The notes under the pieces were generated by a model, which worked only from the letters and a program-made list of their open reading frames with translations, was not told where the DNA came from and did not search any database. This document shows positions 38,606 through 51,835 of a DNA stretch of 64,000 nt, one piece after another. How positions within the stretch are numbered: position 1 is the first letter of the stretch; each line of letters opens with the position of its first letter. The DNA is from Octopus sinensis (lineage: Eukaryota): contig NC_043014.1 in assembly GCF_006345805.1 (NCBI RefSeq), forward strand, positions 50,220,001 through 50,284,000. The letters are read 5' to 3'. Made by a program: the position numbers and the translations under genes.

Positions 38606-39162
38606 TTAATGTATGATAAAAATTAGAGCAATGCTACAAAATTTATTATTATTTAACATAATTACTGCAGTGGACTTTCTGAATTAAAATATCTCATATC
38701 TCTCTCGACTTGGGAACCAGTTTATATTTACGCAACTATTATCATTTTAGTTTGTTTATTTCTTTGTGAAATAAAAATAAACTCAAATACATACATACAT
38801 ATATACGTACATACATATACATACATACGTTCATATATATGAAAGAATAAAGGTGTTCAGAATGCTGGATGGTTGTAAAAATATATATTTATTTACACAT
38901 CACATTATTTCTTCATATTAGCGCTTTCAACTACTCCTGTAGTTTCACAGTTTCACCCCCAATACTTCTAATATATATATATATATATATAAATTAATTA
39001 AGGGTAGAAATTGATATTAGTCAATTAAAACCAGTGGTCTAGCATATTAAAAAGAATATTTTTACATACAAATTAAGGACTGAACACGAAAAGTGGACAG
39101 TCAACATGCTAGATATAGACATCAAATCGCCATTCTCCACAAAGAGTATGTTCTCAAATAAA

Positions 39163-39210
<48 letters not shown>

Positions 39211-39710
39211 ATGGTTTTTATTTTTTGCAATATAATCGAAGTGCAAAAATATTCTAGAAAATTATGTTTAACTAAAACTGATAAATTTTTATCGAAAATG
39301 AAAATAAATCCTTCGTCAGAACTGGAAATAATTATTTAAAACAGAAACAAAAGTGGGGGAAGTGAAATAGCTAAGAGATCAAATCACCTTTATCATAATG
39401 GACTCCGGCGAGTCCATTTTCGATTTTGTGTCAGCTTCCAGATTTAAAACCAACGTTTCACCCCCTCTCTCTCTCTCCTTAATGGTAAAAACTGACCTTC
39501 ACACACCACACACAAATATCTCCAGGAACAAAAAAAGCTTGTGAAATCGTCCTTTCTCGATTTCCAAGGGAAATTGGACGAGCTCCTTTCTCCCTCCCTT
39601 TCGTTTCTCTAAAGTCAATAAATAAATACAAAACCTGCACCAGCTTTAGATTATTACTTTCAAATACACTTAGAACTAAAAAAAATAAGCTAGATCAGTG
39701 TTTGTGTACG

Positions 39711-40103
39711 TGTGTGGTAGTTAAGCTTGCTTCAACCACATGGTTTCCGGGTTCGGTCCCACTGAATGGCATACTGAGCAAGTGTCTTTCTACAATAACC
39801 GCGAACTTGTAAGTGAATTTGGTAAACGGAAACTGAAAGGAGTGTGCGCGCACATGTATGTATAAATTTATGTTTGTGTGTATGTGTGTGTGTGTGTATA
39901 TATAAGAAATACTATATTTCTAAATCTCTCGTAGAGACATGTAGGGTTCTATATATATATATAGTGTACGTGTCGGTAAAAGTAACCGACAGAATAAGTA
40001 CGAGACTTATTTAATTTTGTAATTACTGAGGTAAATTCGTTCGACTAAACCTTTCAAAGTGGTGCCCCAGCATGGCCGCAGTCCAATGACTGAACTAAAT
40101 AAA
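39711..40103 (+). mobile_element. SINE family A, diverged
   Basis: Head, CORE-like segment and ccagcatggccgcagtc tail are recognisable. Confidence 0.75.
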
Positions 40104-41882
40104 TTACACCCACACACACACACAAAATAGGTCGGCTGGTGCCGAGTGGGACAAGATTCGTTTCCTGTTGTCAACAAATAAAACTATCAGATCATCTACA
40201 ATTTCAGTAATTCTATAGATTTCAAATAAACACTCCTCTGCTTCTCCGTTACTTTGTCAATCTTCATTGCAAATAATGAATCATTTTAAACGGTGGCACT
40301 CCAAGCCAATAAAAACTATCAACAAATACTGTGTAGAATTCTGGGGTTTAAAAGAAACCCTTGGGCGGAGGGAGGGGAGACGGTGGGTTAAATTGCGTGT
40401 GTGTTTTGTGTTGGTATAGCTGTGTGGTTATTGAAGCTCGCTTCACAGTACCCGTGATGGCGAAGGTAAAGAACAAGCACACCCCGGTCGCTAGGGTATT
40501 TTTGTTACACCGAAAACGAGTGGTGTGAGTATTCTTTATCTCTGCCCCCCCTCCCCCGGTGATTTTGGGTTCAGTCAGTTGCGCGCCCCTCGGGCAAAGT
40601 GTCTCCTAGTTATAGACCCGAGTTACAACTGCCTTGTCACAGTGAACCCGATAGCGGGGAAACCGTAGAAATCGGTCGTGCGTGTACCCCAACCCCCACT
40701 TGACAACCAATGTTGGTTTGTTTTACGTCCCAGTAATTTAATGGCTCGGCAGGAGACCGATAGCATAAATATCACACTTCAAAAAATAAGAAAAGGGGTC
40801 GATTTGTTAGGCTAAACCCTTCAAGGCAGCGCCCCTGTACGGCTGCAATTCATGCATATAATTAAAGAAGAGTGTAATAATACTCGTCTATATATATATA
40901 TATATCACAAACGATTGATAATAACCACTCGAGTTGAACCGAATTTATTACGTAACTGTCTTTGGTTCAACGGCGGCTGAAGAGGTGAATAACCAGCGAA
41001 ACATCGAGATTAGCCGTTATGTAGCTTGAAATTTTTCTAGTGTATACTTGAAGCACCATTCGTTCCGTTTGTTTTACTCGAAGAGAAATAAATTCATAGC
41101 GCTGACTACCTGTTGTGCAACTGCCAGAGATTAAAACCTTGCCCAAGTGAACTAAACTGCCCTGCTTGGGTTTATGAGCCTGCATGTATATGTGCACGCA
41201 TGCACACACGTTTAGACGGGAATAGAGTTTCACGACACTAACAGACCTTACCAAAAAAAAATAATAATAAAAACTTCCCACCTAACGCAGAGTTGTTTCA
41301 TCCCAACAATGACAGATCAACATATAGTTGTGTTCCAGCCATGGCTATCCCCTCTTGTCGAACAGTCTAGTTCCTTTTATTCTTTCTCCATGCCACAAGG
41401 GTTAAATATTTGTCTGCGAATATCTATCAAACAGGTCGACTGGTCTCCATATCAGTCCTTCAGTGTGGTTAATACATATAAACAGCCAGGCGCAATGTGA
41501 TACCATAAAGGAAAATACAATCGTGACTAGAGAATTTTAACTCTTATTTCTAGGACTGCAGATGCTTCGGCATCCTTAGTCACGAGTGCGCGAGCGAGAT
41601 ATTAATTCCTTGCCCTTTCGACCTCACGTAATTCATGTTATGTGAGCCTTGCAATGAAATCATTCCACAAATGACCACCACTTCACAGAGTTGCCATATC
41701 TGGTTTACACCCACGTCGACCACTTACAAAATCCTAAGTTGAATGAATATATAATTTCAAGACTAGACTGAAATGATAACTTAAGGAGCCCTAGTACGAA
41801 ATATACATGCGTGCATGGGGTGAGAGTGGTCCCTTAACGGTCGTGTACGTATGGGAGAGGAGAATGTCCTTTAACCAGTGCA

Positions 41883-41919
<37 letters not shown>

Positions 41920-43121
41920 GTATGTATATTCAAGGAGAAGGGGATTGTCTCTTAAGCAGCAGTATGCGCGTGCATGGGAGGGGATTGTCAGTTAAGCACT
42001 GTGTGCGTGTGTGCGCTACTCTAAAGGAAATATGCTGCTAGAATATAGAACTGGCTACCACTTTCAGCAAAAACTTGGTAGAAATGGATTACATATACAT
42101 ACATGTTTTATTTTGTGTGTGTGTGTACAATTTTGATCGAGGTCTATAATTAGGTGTTCCAGCCATGACCATCCTACATTTTCACAGACAGTAATATCAA
42201 TGTCCTTCCTTTACCTCCATACCTCTAGAGTGTTGTTCGAGAAATTTGTCTGCTATATCTAGCAGGTCGAACGGTCCGTCATTGTTAACAAAAACCCACA
42301 ACCGAAAAACATCGGCCAACATCGGTTTTGTTTCCAGTATAAAGTGTGTGTGTGTGGGGGGGAACACACCCAAATCCATATTTTTGTGTAACCCCAGAGC
42401 TGTGCCTTGATGGCGCTGGCTTAAAAAAGCGTTCCAGCCATGACTGTTCTATGCTAATTTCAAACCTCGCGTAGGCCACAGTTTACCTTATCCAATGCGT
42501 CTTTCCTTTATTGAAGACGACGATAGGGTGTGATCTGAGAAAGATTTGACTCATTTCTTAGTCGGGATTGGTTGGCGGCAGGTGGCAGCAAGATAAGAAA
42601 ACAAATTCAACAAACATGTAATAGAGTCCTTTCTCTTCTTTCTTTCTTTCTTTCTTGCGGTGGCTATGGAATTTGAGAGAGAGCATGCGGAGGATTGAGG
42701 CTATAATACAAGAGTTTTAGTTAATCCATCGTGGGGTGATGATCTCAATATTGGAAAAACAAAGAGAAAGGATTATTGTGACAAGCAAACAATTTTGTCC
42801 AGCAAACAGAAATAACTAAGTTGTAAGATAAGTCCCAGGTCAGTTCTCAACCAACAGCTTAGTTGTATGATCAAAGACACGCCAACCGTGAGCACCCCGT
42901 CTACTTGCCTGCTTTTTATCTTTGTTTTAAGACTTGTAGGTGAGAGAGCTACCGCATACAAGGATAGAACTCTCGTCGGCTCGTTTAGAGAGTAGCTACA
43001 ACATGATGGAAGGACAATGACTAAAGTATAATGAATGGTTTTATGCGTCAGTCAACAAATTAACCGAAAATACTGAACGTCTAAAGAAGGTTGAATGATC
43101 AAAACTGAAGAATTTGCGGGA

Positions 43122-43162
<41 letters not shown>

Positions 43163-44591
43163 CACACCTAAAAATTGTTTGTGCTTGTGTGTATAAAATC
43201 TTCCTTTAGAGAATTCAGACTTTTATAATATAAAATAGTTCCATCCACACAAAAAAAACAAAAAAAACATGAACTATCTCAATATTCTCATTTCTAAATT
43301 TAATATGGTAAGAATCGACAAAAAAAAAAGGGGGGAGAAAATGGTTAATTTCGAAAACTAGCGCTAATAACGATCAGAATGCTTTTTCTTCCCCTCCTCC
43401 GGTTTCTTTTAGTAGGAAGAAATGCGGATAGGATGGGGGGAGGGGTTTGTTCAGCGATGCCACAGATTCTTTCTGGTTTTAAGGATTGGAATCTTATTAC
43501 AACGAATGAATGAATGACTGAATGAATGAATGGGGAAAAGGAAATGGAGAAAGAGGATGGGATGAATGGAGGAGAGAGAGAACTTTAGAGATGGTTTAAG
43601 AGAGCAAGAGATGCTAATATTGAATTCGATTGGGAAAAATAAAAACCATTTTAGCATTATATATATATATATATATAAGATTGAATAAGTTAAAGAAAAT
43701 TATATAGAACAGAAAACTAAATTAAATATCATTACTATTATTTATACTGAGTAGTTTTAACTAGTAATTTAGGGTATACTATAATAGTATATGGGAAGAA
43801 AATATAGAAGAGGGACTGAAGCGAGAAATAGTTGGGGTGTGTGTAATAAAGATGGGAAATAATTTTGACAAACTGTTGGATGCATTGAGTTTTTAACCAT
43901 TCATTCAAGGGGGGGAAAAACACATACAAAAGTATAATAATCCTAAGAGTGAAAAGATATGGCGCAGTTAATTTGGTGGTGGAAATTCCACTTTAGAAGA
44001 GAGAGTTCATTGTGGCAAAAGAGAGCAGCTAAACTCGCCCTCCTTCGTTGGAGAATTGTGGTGAGATACTTTAGTATCATCATGAGATAGCAGCAGACCA
44101 TTTCTCAGAATTCCATGATTTACATCCCTAAACTGGAGAAAGGAAGGAATGACAATTGATTTAACAAGGACACTGTAATTATGTTCAGTAAAAAAATACA
44201 TTTAAAAAAAAAAAAAGAGGGAACGAAGAGGGTGGGGTAGCAAAAAATAAGGGGTTAGTCCATGCTGGCCCCTCCCCCAGAAATAAGTACTGTCATGTGG
44301 AGCAAAAGAGACCTTATATATATATGTTAAGTTTTAACAAACATTTTTAGTGTTTTCTGAGGAAAAAAATTCAGTTGATTATAAACCTAGGTTGCCTGGG
44401 AAAATAAACAAGGAGTGACGAAATATTCATTTCGTGCAAAACTTGAGACCTGCATAGAATTTCTTGTAAGATAACCTGCCTAAATTTCTTGTGTGTGTGT
44501 GTGTGTGTGTGTGTGTGCATGCTTGAGTGTGTACTTATGTGTGTGTGTGTGTTAAAAAGAGGAAGGTACTACTTCAAAGTTGACTGCAGTG

Positions 44592-44860
44592 AGAGCGAAT
44601 TACTAAAAGGTGGCGAGCCTGGTCGATATGGCAGAAGCATTAAAGCACGTCGGACGAAATGCTTCTTAGTAAGCACTTTCTTGTGGCTCTTTACGTTCCG
44701 AGTTCAAATTCCGCCGAGGTCAACTCAGGCCTTTTTATCCTTTGTGGGGGGGGGGTCGATAAAATAAGTTACCAGTCAAGCACTCAGGAGTCGGTGGGTG
44801 GTATCGACCTCACTTTCCACTCCTTAAAATCGTTGGCCTGCTGCCAACACATTTGAAACC
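44592..44860 (+). mobile_element. SINE family B variant
   Basis: Contains tacgttccgagttcaaattccgccgaggtcaac...ggggtcgataaaataagttaccagtc. Confidence 0.75.
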
Positions 44861-45516
44861 ATTAGCATCATTATCAATGGTTATTTGCAAGGCTTTTTCA
44901 GAAGCTGGGAATCTTTAATCAAATGTTCTTGGAATTCCCGAACATGGAAATAAAAAACCATTTAAACAATATTTTAGTAAATTATGAATGAATAAAAACC
45001 AGAATAAATCATTTGTTTAATAATAATAATATAATAATAATAATAATAATAATAATATAAGAAATTTTTTATGAATGGAAAAATACAAAACAACAAAAAA
45101 CAACCCCCAAATGATTGAATTAGCGAAGGAGGAAAGGGCCTCGCCGTGGCTGACCAGTCTTAATCCCTAGGAACCACAAATTCTTATCGTATAGAAAGTA
45201 TTACTCGGGGCTGATCATATGAAATTGATTCAACAGGGCCAATATAGTAGTGAACTGCATATGCAACATAAGGCCTCTTTCTCTCTCTCTCTCTCTGTAT
45301 ACAATTTCCCTGTCTTGTTAGGAGGTCTCCATGGCAAGCACCGACTCCTGCTGTGACCACCGCGTCGGTATGGTGTTGATTTAAGAAGAACTTAACTGCT
45401 ATTTCTAACTCTGACAAAACTTCTTATTTTGCAAGTGTGATACTGGTTAAAAAAAAAAAAGACCATTTCCAGACAAATGCCAGATATTTTATTTTACAAA
45501 CCTTTATTACCTTAAC

Positions 45517-45556
<40 letters not shown>

Positions 45557-46733
45557 CACACCCTCCCCCATTAATTCTTCTGATATTACAAAAACTATTG
45601 CAGTTTATTTCAGTACAAAGTGTGTGTGCATGTTCTGAAAGGCAACTAGCAATTAGGAGTTGATTAAATTACAAAATAAAAATAGGATAAAAAAAAAACT
45701 CTGCAACAATTTGTATAAAACTATCTTAACAGCAAGCTTAACCTACTTACATATTTTATACTAAAGGTATTTAAACAAATTTTACTTGATTAGTACAACC
45801 TACTACTACATGTCAATTACATATCTCTCTATCTATCTATTTATCTATCTATTTATCTATCTATTTATCTATCTATCTGTCTGTCTAGCTAGCATATCTA
45901 TCCACACACACACACACACACACGCATTAAAAGATCGCATGTATTAGGTTGTGCTATTAAATAGCAGTATGGTTGCCGCCCTTAACTCGAAAGGTTATAG
46001 AGGCGTGCGCGCACACACGCACCTTCTTTATTTCGCTTGAGCCACCATGGCCACGGACCATACTTAAAGCACCACACACACACACGACAGAAATCCCTAC
46101 AAATCGACACCAGTATCAACAGTAAAATAAAGACAAACTGAAGGGGTCTCATGACTGCTTGTTTTAGCACGAAGTCAGTCCTTACCAAGTAGAGAGACAA
46201 GGTCTCTGATCATAAGGCATGTCACACTTAACCATCCTTTTTTATTATTTTCAGATGTAGTAGTAGTAGTAGTAATATTAGTCGTAGTATACATCTAATA
46301 CCACTGTTGTTGTGATATGAACAAAATCCAACAGCTATTCCAAGCAGGTGGGGCTTCTTTCAGATTCTACTAGAGACTAGAGCAGTAGTCCCTCAAAAAC
46401 CGACACCCTATCCATCGCATCGTCTTCTAATGTGGGGACGAAATGAAATGCTAGATAAGGTATATATTAAAGGTCCCAGTATCTAGTTCCAGGTAGGGAT
46501 GGATGGATGTATGGTTACAGCATTTTTGTAACAATTTATTTTCAAAATTGTGTGTGTGTGAACACTATTGACTGAGTGAGGGTAAATATAGCAGGAAAGA
46601 TATTTTATATGAATAAAACATTACAACCACTCTTCTACACATTCAAATCTTAACCGTTCTTACAACACACACACGCAGGTACACTCGCTCTGCGTGTGTG
46701 TGTGCGAGAGAGAGAGAGAGAGAGAGAAAGTGA

Positions 46734-46925
46734 GTGTGTGTGCTTGTTGTGTTTGTGTGTGCTTGTTGTGTTTGTGTGTGCTTGTTGTGTATGTGTGTGC
46801 TTGTTGTGTATGTGTGTGCTTGTTGTGTATGTGTGTGCTTGTTGTGTATGTGTGTGCTTGTTGTGTATGTGTGTGCTTGTTGTGTATGTGTGTGCTTGTT
46901 GTGTATGTGTATGTGTGTGCTTGTG
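46734..46925. repeat. 19-bp minisatellite (tgcttgttgtgt(a/t)tgtgtg), about 9 units, grown out of a (TG)n tract
   Basis: A period of 19 is visible from 46741. Confidence 0.92.
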
Positions 46926-47899
46926 TGTGTGTGTGTGTGTGTGGAAACTACAAGTCGTGCAACACAAGAGTGGAAAAATGATTCGCATATTTGAATTCAA
47001 TATAAGAGAGATCTTAGCAGAACAGATCATGGAGAGAGAGAGAGAGAGCGCGCGCATGTGCGTGTGTGTGTGCGTGTATGAGCGAGTGACTGTGTGCAAG
47101 TGTTTAGTCTATGCGTGTGTGTGTGTGTGTGTGTGTGTGAGTGCAGGCGGGCGCGCGTTATGTGGTGTGTTCGAGTGACTGACTGAAGGCACAGTTAATG
47201 TTACAATCGATTATAAACAGCCACACTATTTGAACTTGCGTATGAAGAGAGAGAGATACTGCTAGTATAATACACACACTAGTATAAAATATAATAATAA
47301 TACACCAGTCATTTCTCAGTCGACACACAGAGGCATCAGACAAACCACGTATCCATACTGTTTATTAAGCACTACGCAGCCATACACACACACAATACAC
47401 ACCGTGTGTTACAGTAAAATCGATATAAATTATACTGAACACATCTACACATGCCCCTCAACTAGAAGGTCATATATACTTGCAATTATAAAACAATTTG
47501 GATAAAATTAAAGATATTTAAGTATTAAAAACAATTATACACGTGTATATATATATATATATATATATATATGTCTTAAATTGTCATACATATGCAATAG
47601 ATTAGGCGGGTTTCGACTTCAATATCTAATCATATTGTGGGACATATATATATGAAAGGCAAGCTTATTTTCAGGTCTCAGTCAATAGCTTGTGCTACAC
47701 TGGAACATTTCATTAGGCAAGTAGTAGTAAATTAGGGAGCTCATCCCCAAAGGCTAAATGAACACACACACAGAACATGAGACAATGTAGAGGTTGAGAG
47801 ATCAAATCAGAACCGAGTGGGTTGGTGATGATACTAAAAGGTTTATTAACGACATTAGCTGAAATAGATTCAAGTGAGAATCGAAACCAGAACCCACGT

Positions 47900-48690
47900 A
47901 CTCATTCATAACCTACAATAAATTTGCTTTCGCTTTTGATGGGGTTTTTTTCTTCCGGTGACGGGTGAAAGTACAGGGACTACAACAGTCAAATGACTGA
48001 AACAAGTAAAAGAATAAAAAAGAATAGAAGAATGTATATATGTAATTAATATTAACCCCTCACTCTTCCAACCCCCAAAAGAAATGACGAAAGCTGACGT
48101 CGACAAGATTCGAACCAGCGCAGCATTTAAGGCAAGAGAGTCCATCACTACCATCCGTCATATTAGCAATAATGGTTTCCAATATAAGAGAACAAACCCA
48201 GCGATTTTGAAGCTAGGTTAGAATTCGTCGATGACATCGACCCCCACCCAGGGGACAGACGAAGGTTTTTTTTTTTTATTTTACCGACTTCGGAGGAATA
48301 AAAAAAAAAAAAGCAGAGTTGTTCCCGGTGGGAATTCAACTGATAAGGTAAGAGAGACGAGAACAAAATACCGCAAGACATTTTGTCCGACGCACCGACG
48401 ATTATGCTAGCCCTGCAAACTCTTAAAGTAAGTAATTCTTTCTACAACAGAAACAATGCCAGCAATTTTAGAAGGAGTTCAGTCGATTTTATCAACCGCA
48501 GTACTTTAAATGGTACTTTATTTTATCGATCCTGAAAAGATTAAAAAAAAAAGAAGGCAACTCGGGTGAGATTTGAACCCAGAAACGTAAAAACCGGAAG
48601 AAATGCCGCTAAACATTTTACCCAGCGCACCAACGGCCCAGCCAGTTCGTCGCATCCTTTAATTTCAGGCCTTGTGCCTATAGTGAAAAA
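47900..48690. mobile_element. Cluster of SINE A/B relics
   Basis: A-type tail at about 47980-48020 and two B-type minus-strand relics at about 48150-48420 and 48425-48655. Confidence 0.6.
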
Positions 48691-49199
48691 GGGGTAATAT
48701 AGCACTCTAAACCCCAGATCATCTTTTCCTATGTCCAAAAAACGTTTGAAGCAATTAATAGTGTAAGTACCGGAAATCGAAACCCTACTTAACAGATTCG
48801 GTTTAGCGAGGAACTTTGCTCCAACCACTAACGTACGTTTTAAAAAAGCAAACAGAGCGATTAAGTGGTAGGTTGATCTGCTAGAAATAGCAACTAATCA
48901 TCACTTAAATCCCATCCTATCATCATCTTTATATAAGGGACACCGGACAAGGTAGCCAGTCCTACAGACAAGTGTGAAAAGGGAGAGGTGGAACCCTCTG
49001 CATCCCGTCAGATAATCTCGGCTAGAATGCCTTTAATGCTAACTAGATCTTGTCTTGTGTTCGATCAGGGGAGATAGACCCATGGCCATAGGATATTCTG
49101 ATGTTCAGGGAGAGACTGACATTTGAAACCGCGACCGAACTGCTTCTTTCCAAGAAACGCCGAGGAAAAGGAGAAAGAAGTATCAGCAGTAAAACCTTC

Positions 49200-49685
49200 C
49201 ATTCATTCAGTCATACATACATACACACACATTCATTCATACAGTCGTACATACATACTCATACACATTCATACATACATACGTACACACACATTCATAC
49301 ATACATACATACGTACACACACATTCATTCATACATACACTCATAGTCATACACTCACACACACATTCATACATACATACACACATTCTCATTCATACAT
49401 ACACTCGTACATACTCACACACATTCATACATACATACACACACATTCATTCATACATACATACACATTCATTCATACATACATACACATTCATACATAC
49501 ATACATACATACATACACTCGTACATACATACATACATACATACACTCGTACATACATACATACACTCATAGTCACACACACACATTCATACATACACTG
49601 ATACATAGTCATTCATACATACACTGATACATACATACACTCGTACATACATACATTCATTCATTCACACACATTCATACATACA
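49200..49685. repeat. Compound (CATA)n/(CATT)n/(CA)n microsatellite
   Basis: Directly visible. Confidence 0.95.
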
Positions 49686-50638
49686 GTAAGGGAGAAGATG
49701 GAATGTTCATGCCTTTTCCCTAACCGAAATAATTTACCGAAGTGAATCACTTCAAGACATGAAGCCCAAGGAAAATCCACTCGGCATGATTGCGTGGCAT
49801 TCATGCCTTTCCCGTTGAGCACATATTCTGGTTAAGACAGGCCACACAAGCTCAGCATCCCCCTAACGATGTAGTAGTAGCAGCAGCTGCAAATCATATT
49901 TGTCCATCGTTTCAGGAAGGGGTTGTGGCATTCATGGCTTGCCCCTCCCGAGACCATCTCACGCATCTGCTGAGCAAAACCGATCAAATGACGTAATAAA
50001 TAATTTGATACACACACACATATATATATCGATCTCTCTGCTATTGGTAGATCGGTTGGTGGTTTTATTTTATTTTAAACTTTCCCCCCAGGAAGAAAAG
50101 AAAAGTGATGAATTTTTACCCAGCGCAGGATCTGAACTCGGGGTCGTAATTAAAACGGCCGCATTTTTATCTGATGCTCTACCGATTCTGCCAAACCCTC
50201 GTCCTCTACTACAAGAAAAGTCAGAGATTTTACAGAGGCTGAGGGTGGGGAGCACAACATCTACCAACACAACTAGTACTTCATTTTATCAACCTCAGGA
50301 AGAATGAAACAAACACACACACACACGCAAATAAATAGATCTTGGCAGAAATCGAACTCAGATCTTTACAAGGCATTTCCAGTCCGATGTTGTACCAGTT
50401 TAGCCAAACCAAAGTATAGTCTCCAACCTCATAAGAGAACAACGAGGAAGTTGCAACAATAATGCCTTTCTCCGACTCCAAAGCAACACGGGGTGGTGAG
50501 AGCCCAGTTGATTACATGTTCAAACCCCCAGTACATGACTGGTACTGCTGGTCGGCATCGGTAAGGCTTCATTCATATTCGACAGATGTCAAATATATTC
50601 TTATAGAGTACTTCACTTGCGTATATACATACATCCAT

Positions 50639-50682
<44 letters not shown>

Positions 50683-51230
50683 CTGTGGTAGAAATAGCCA
50701 CATCTCTCCAAAATTACATCCTACCAATCCTAAAATGAAAAGACAAGAGAACGGTGGGGATGATCACGGCTGGAACGCATTTGATAAGCCTACTGTACGA
50801 GTGGGGTGACCGGTGGCTAAGCAACAACAACGACGACGACCAGCTACAAGAAGGAAATCCCTTACGCAGTGGTCCATTATCGACGTGCTAGAAATAACAA
50901 CCAAATTCACCTCAAATCACACAATTCATCCGTCGTTAAAAGATTTTAAAAAAGGGGGTGGGGACATACCGGTCATATATAATAGATAACATGGTCTGCT
51001 GGTTCGTAGATGACCTGGGGCTAAACAACAGGCGATGACAATGTTTCTAAGAGAGGTGCACGGCCTGAATAAAGGGGTTTATGAAGGACATCGAACCTTG
51101 TAATACGACCGATTGTTTTATCGAGAACACCGAGATTCGAACCTACGGCAATCATGTTAGTCATGTTTTGTAGCAGTCACGAGGTCACACACACACACAC
51201 ACACACACATAAGGGGAGGAATAAAATCAA

Positions 51231-51261
<31 letters not shown>

Positions 51262-51479
51262 GTGTATGCGCACATATATATGTATATATGTGTGTGTGTA
51301 TGTATGTGTATATACACACACACACACACACACACACAAGTACTTTATCGATATCGAGAAATGAAGTCAAACGACAGAGGCGGGATTTGAACTCGGAACT
51401 CGACAGTAGACAATTTTGCGTCCGACACTCAACCGTTTCGGCCACCACATTTAACAGTTTCTAGACACACACACACACA

Positions 51480-51835
51480 CGTAGTCATACATACATACAT
51501 ATATACATACATGCATACATACATACATACATACACATATATATATATACATACATATACATACATACATTACACACACATATATATATATACATACATA
51601 TACATACATACATTACACACACATATATATATATACATACATATACATACATACATTACACACACATATATATATACATACATATACATACATACATTAC
51701 ACACACATATATATATATTACAAACATATACATTACATACACATACATACATTACACAAATATATATATATTACACACACACACATATATATATACATAC
51801 ATACACACACACACACACATATATGTAAGTATCAT
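51480..51835. repeat. Compound (TACA)/(TA)/(CA) microsatellite
   Basis: Directly visible. Confidence 0.95.

Noticed and set aside
40933-40971. gttgaacc...ggttcaac inverted repeat
   Set aside because: The 8-bp stem has a poorly paired interior and is too weak for a miRNA or structured RNA call.
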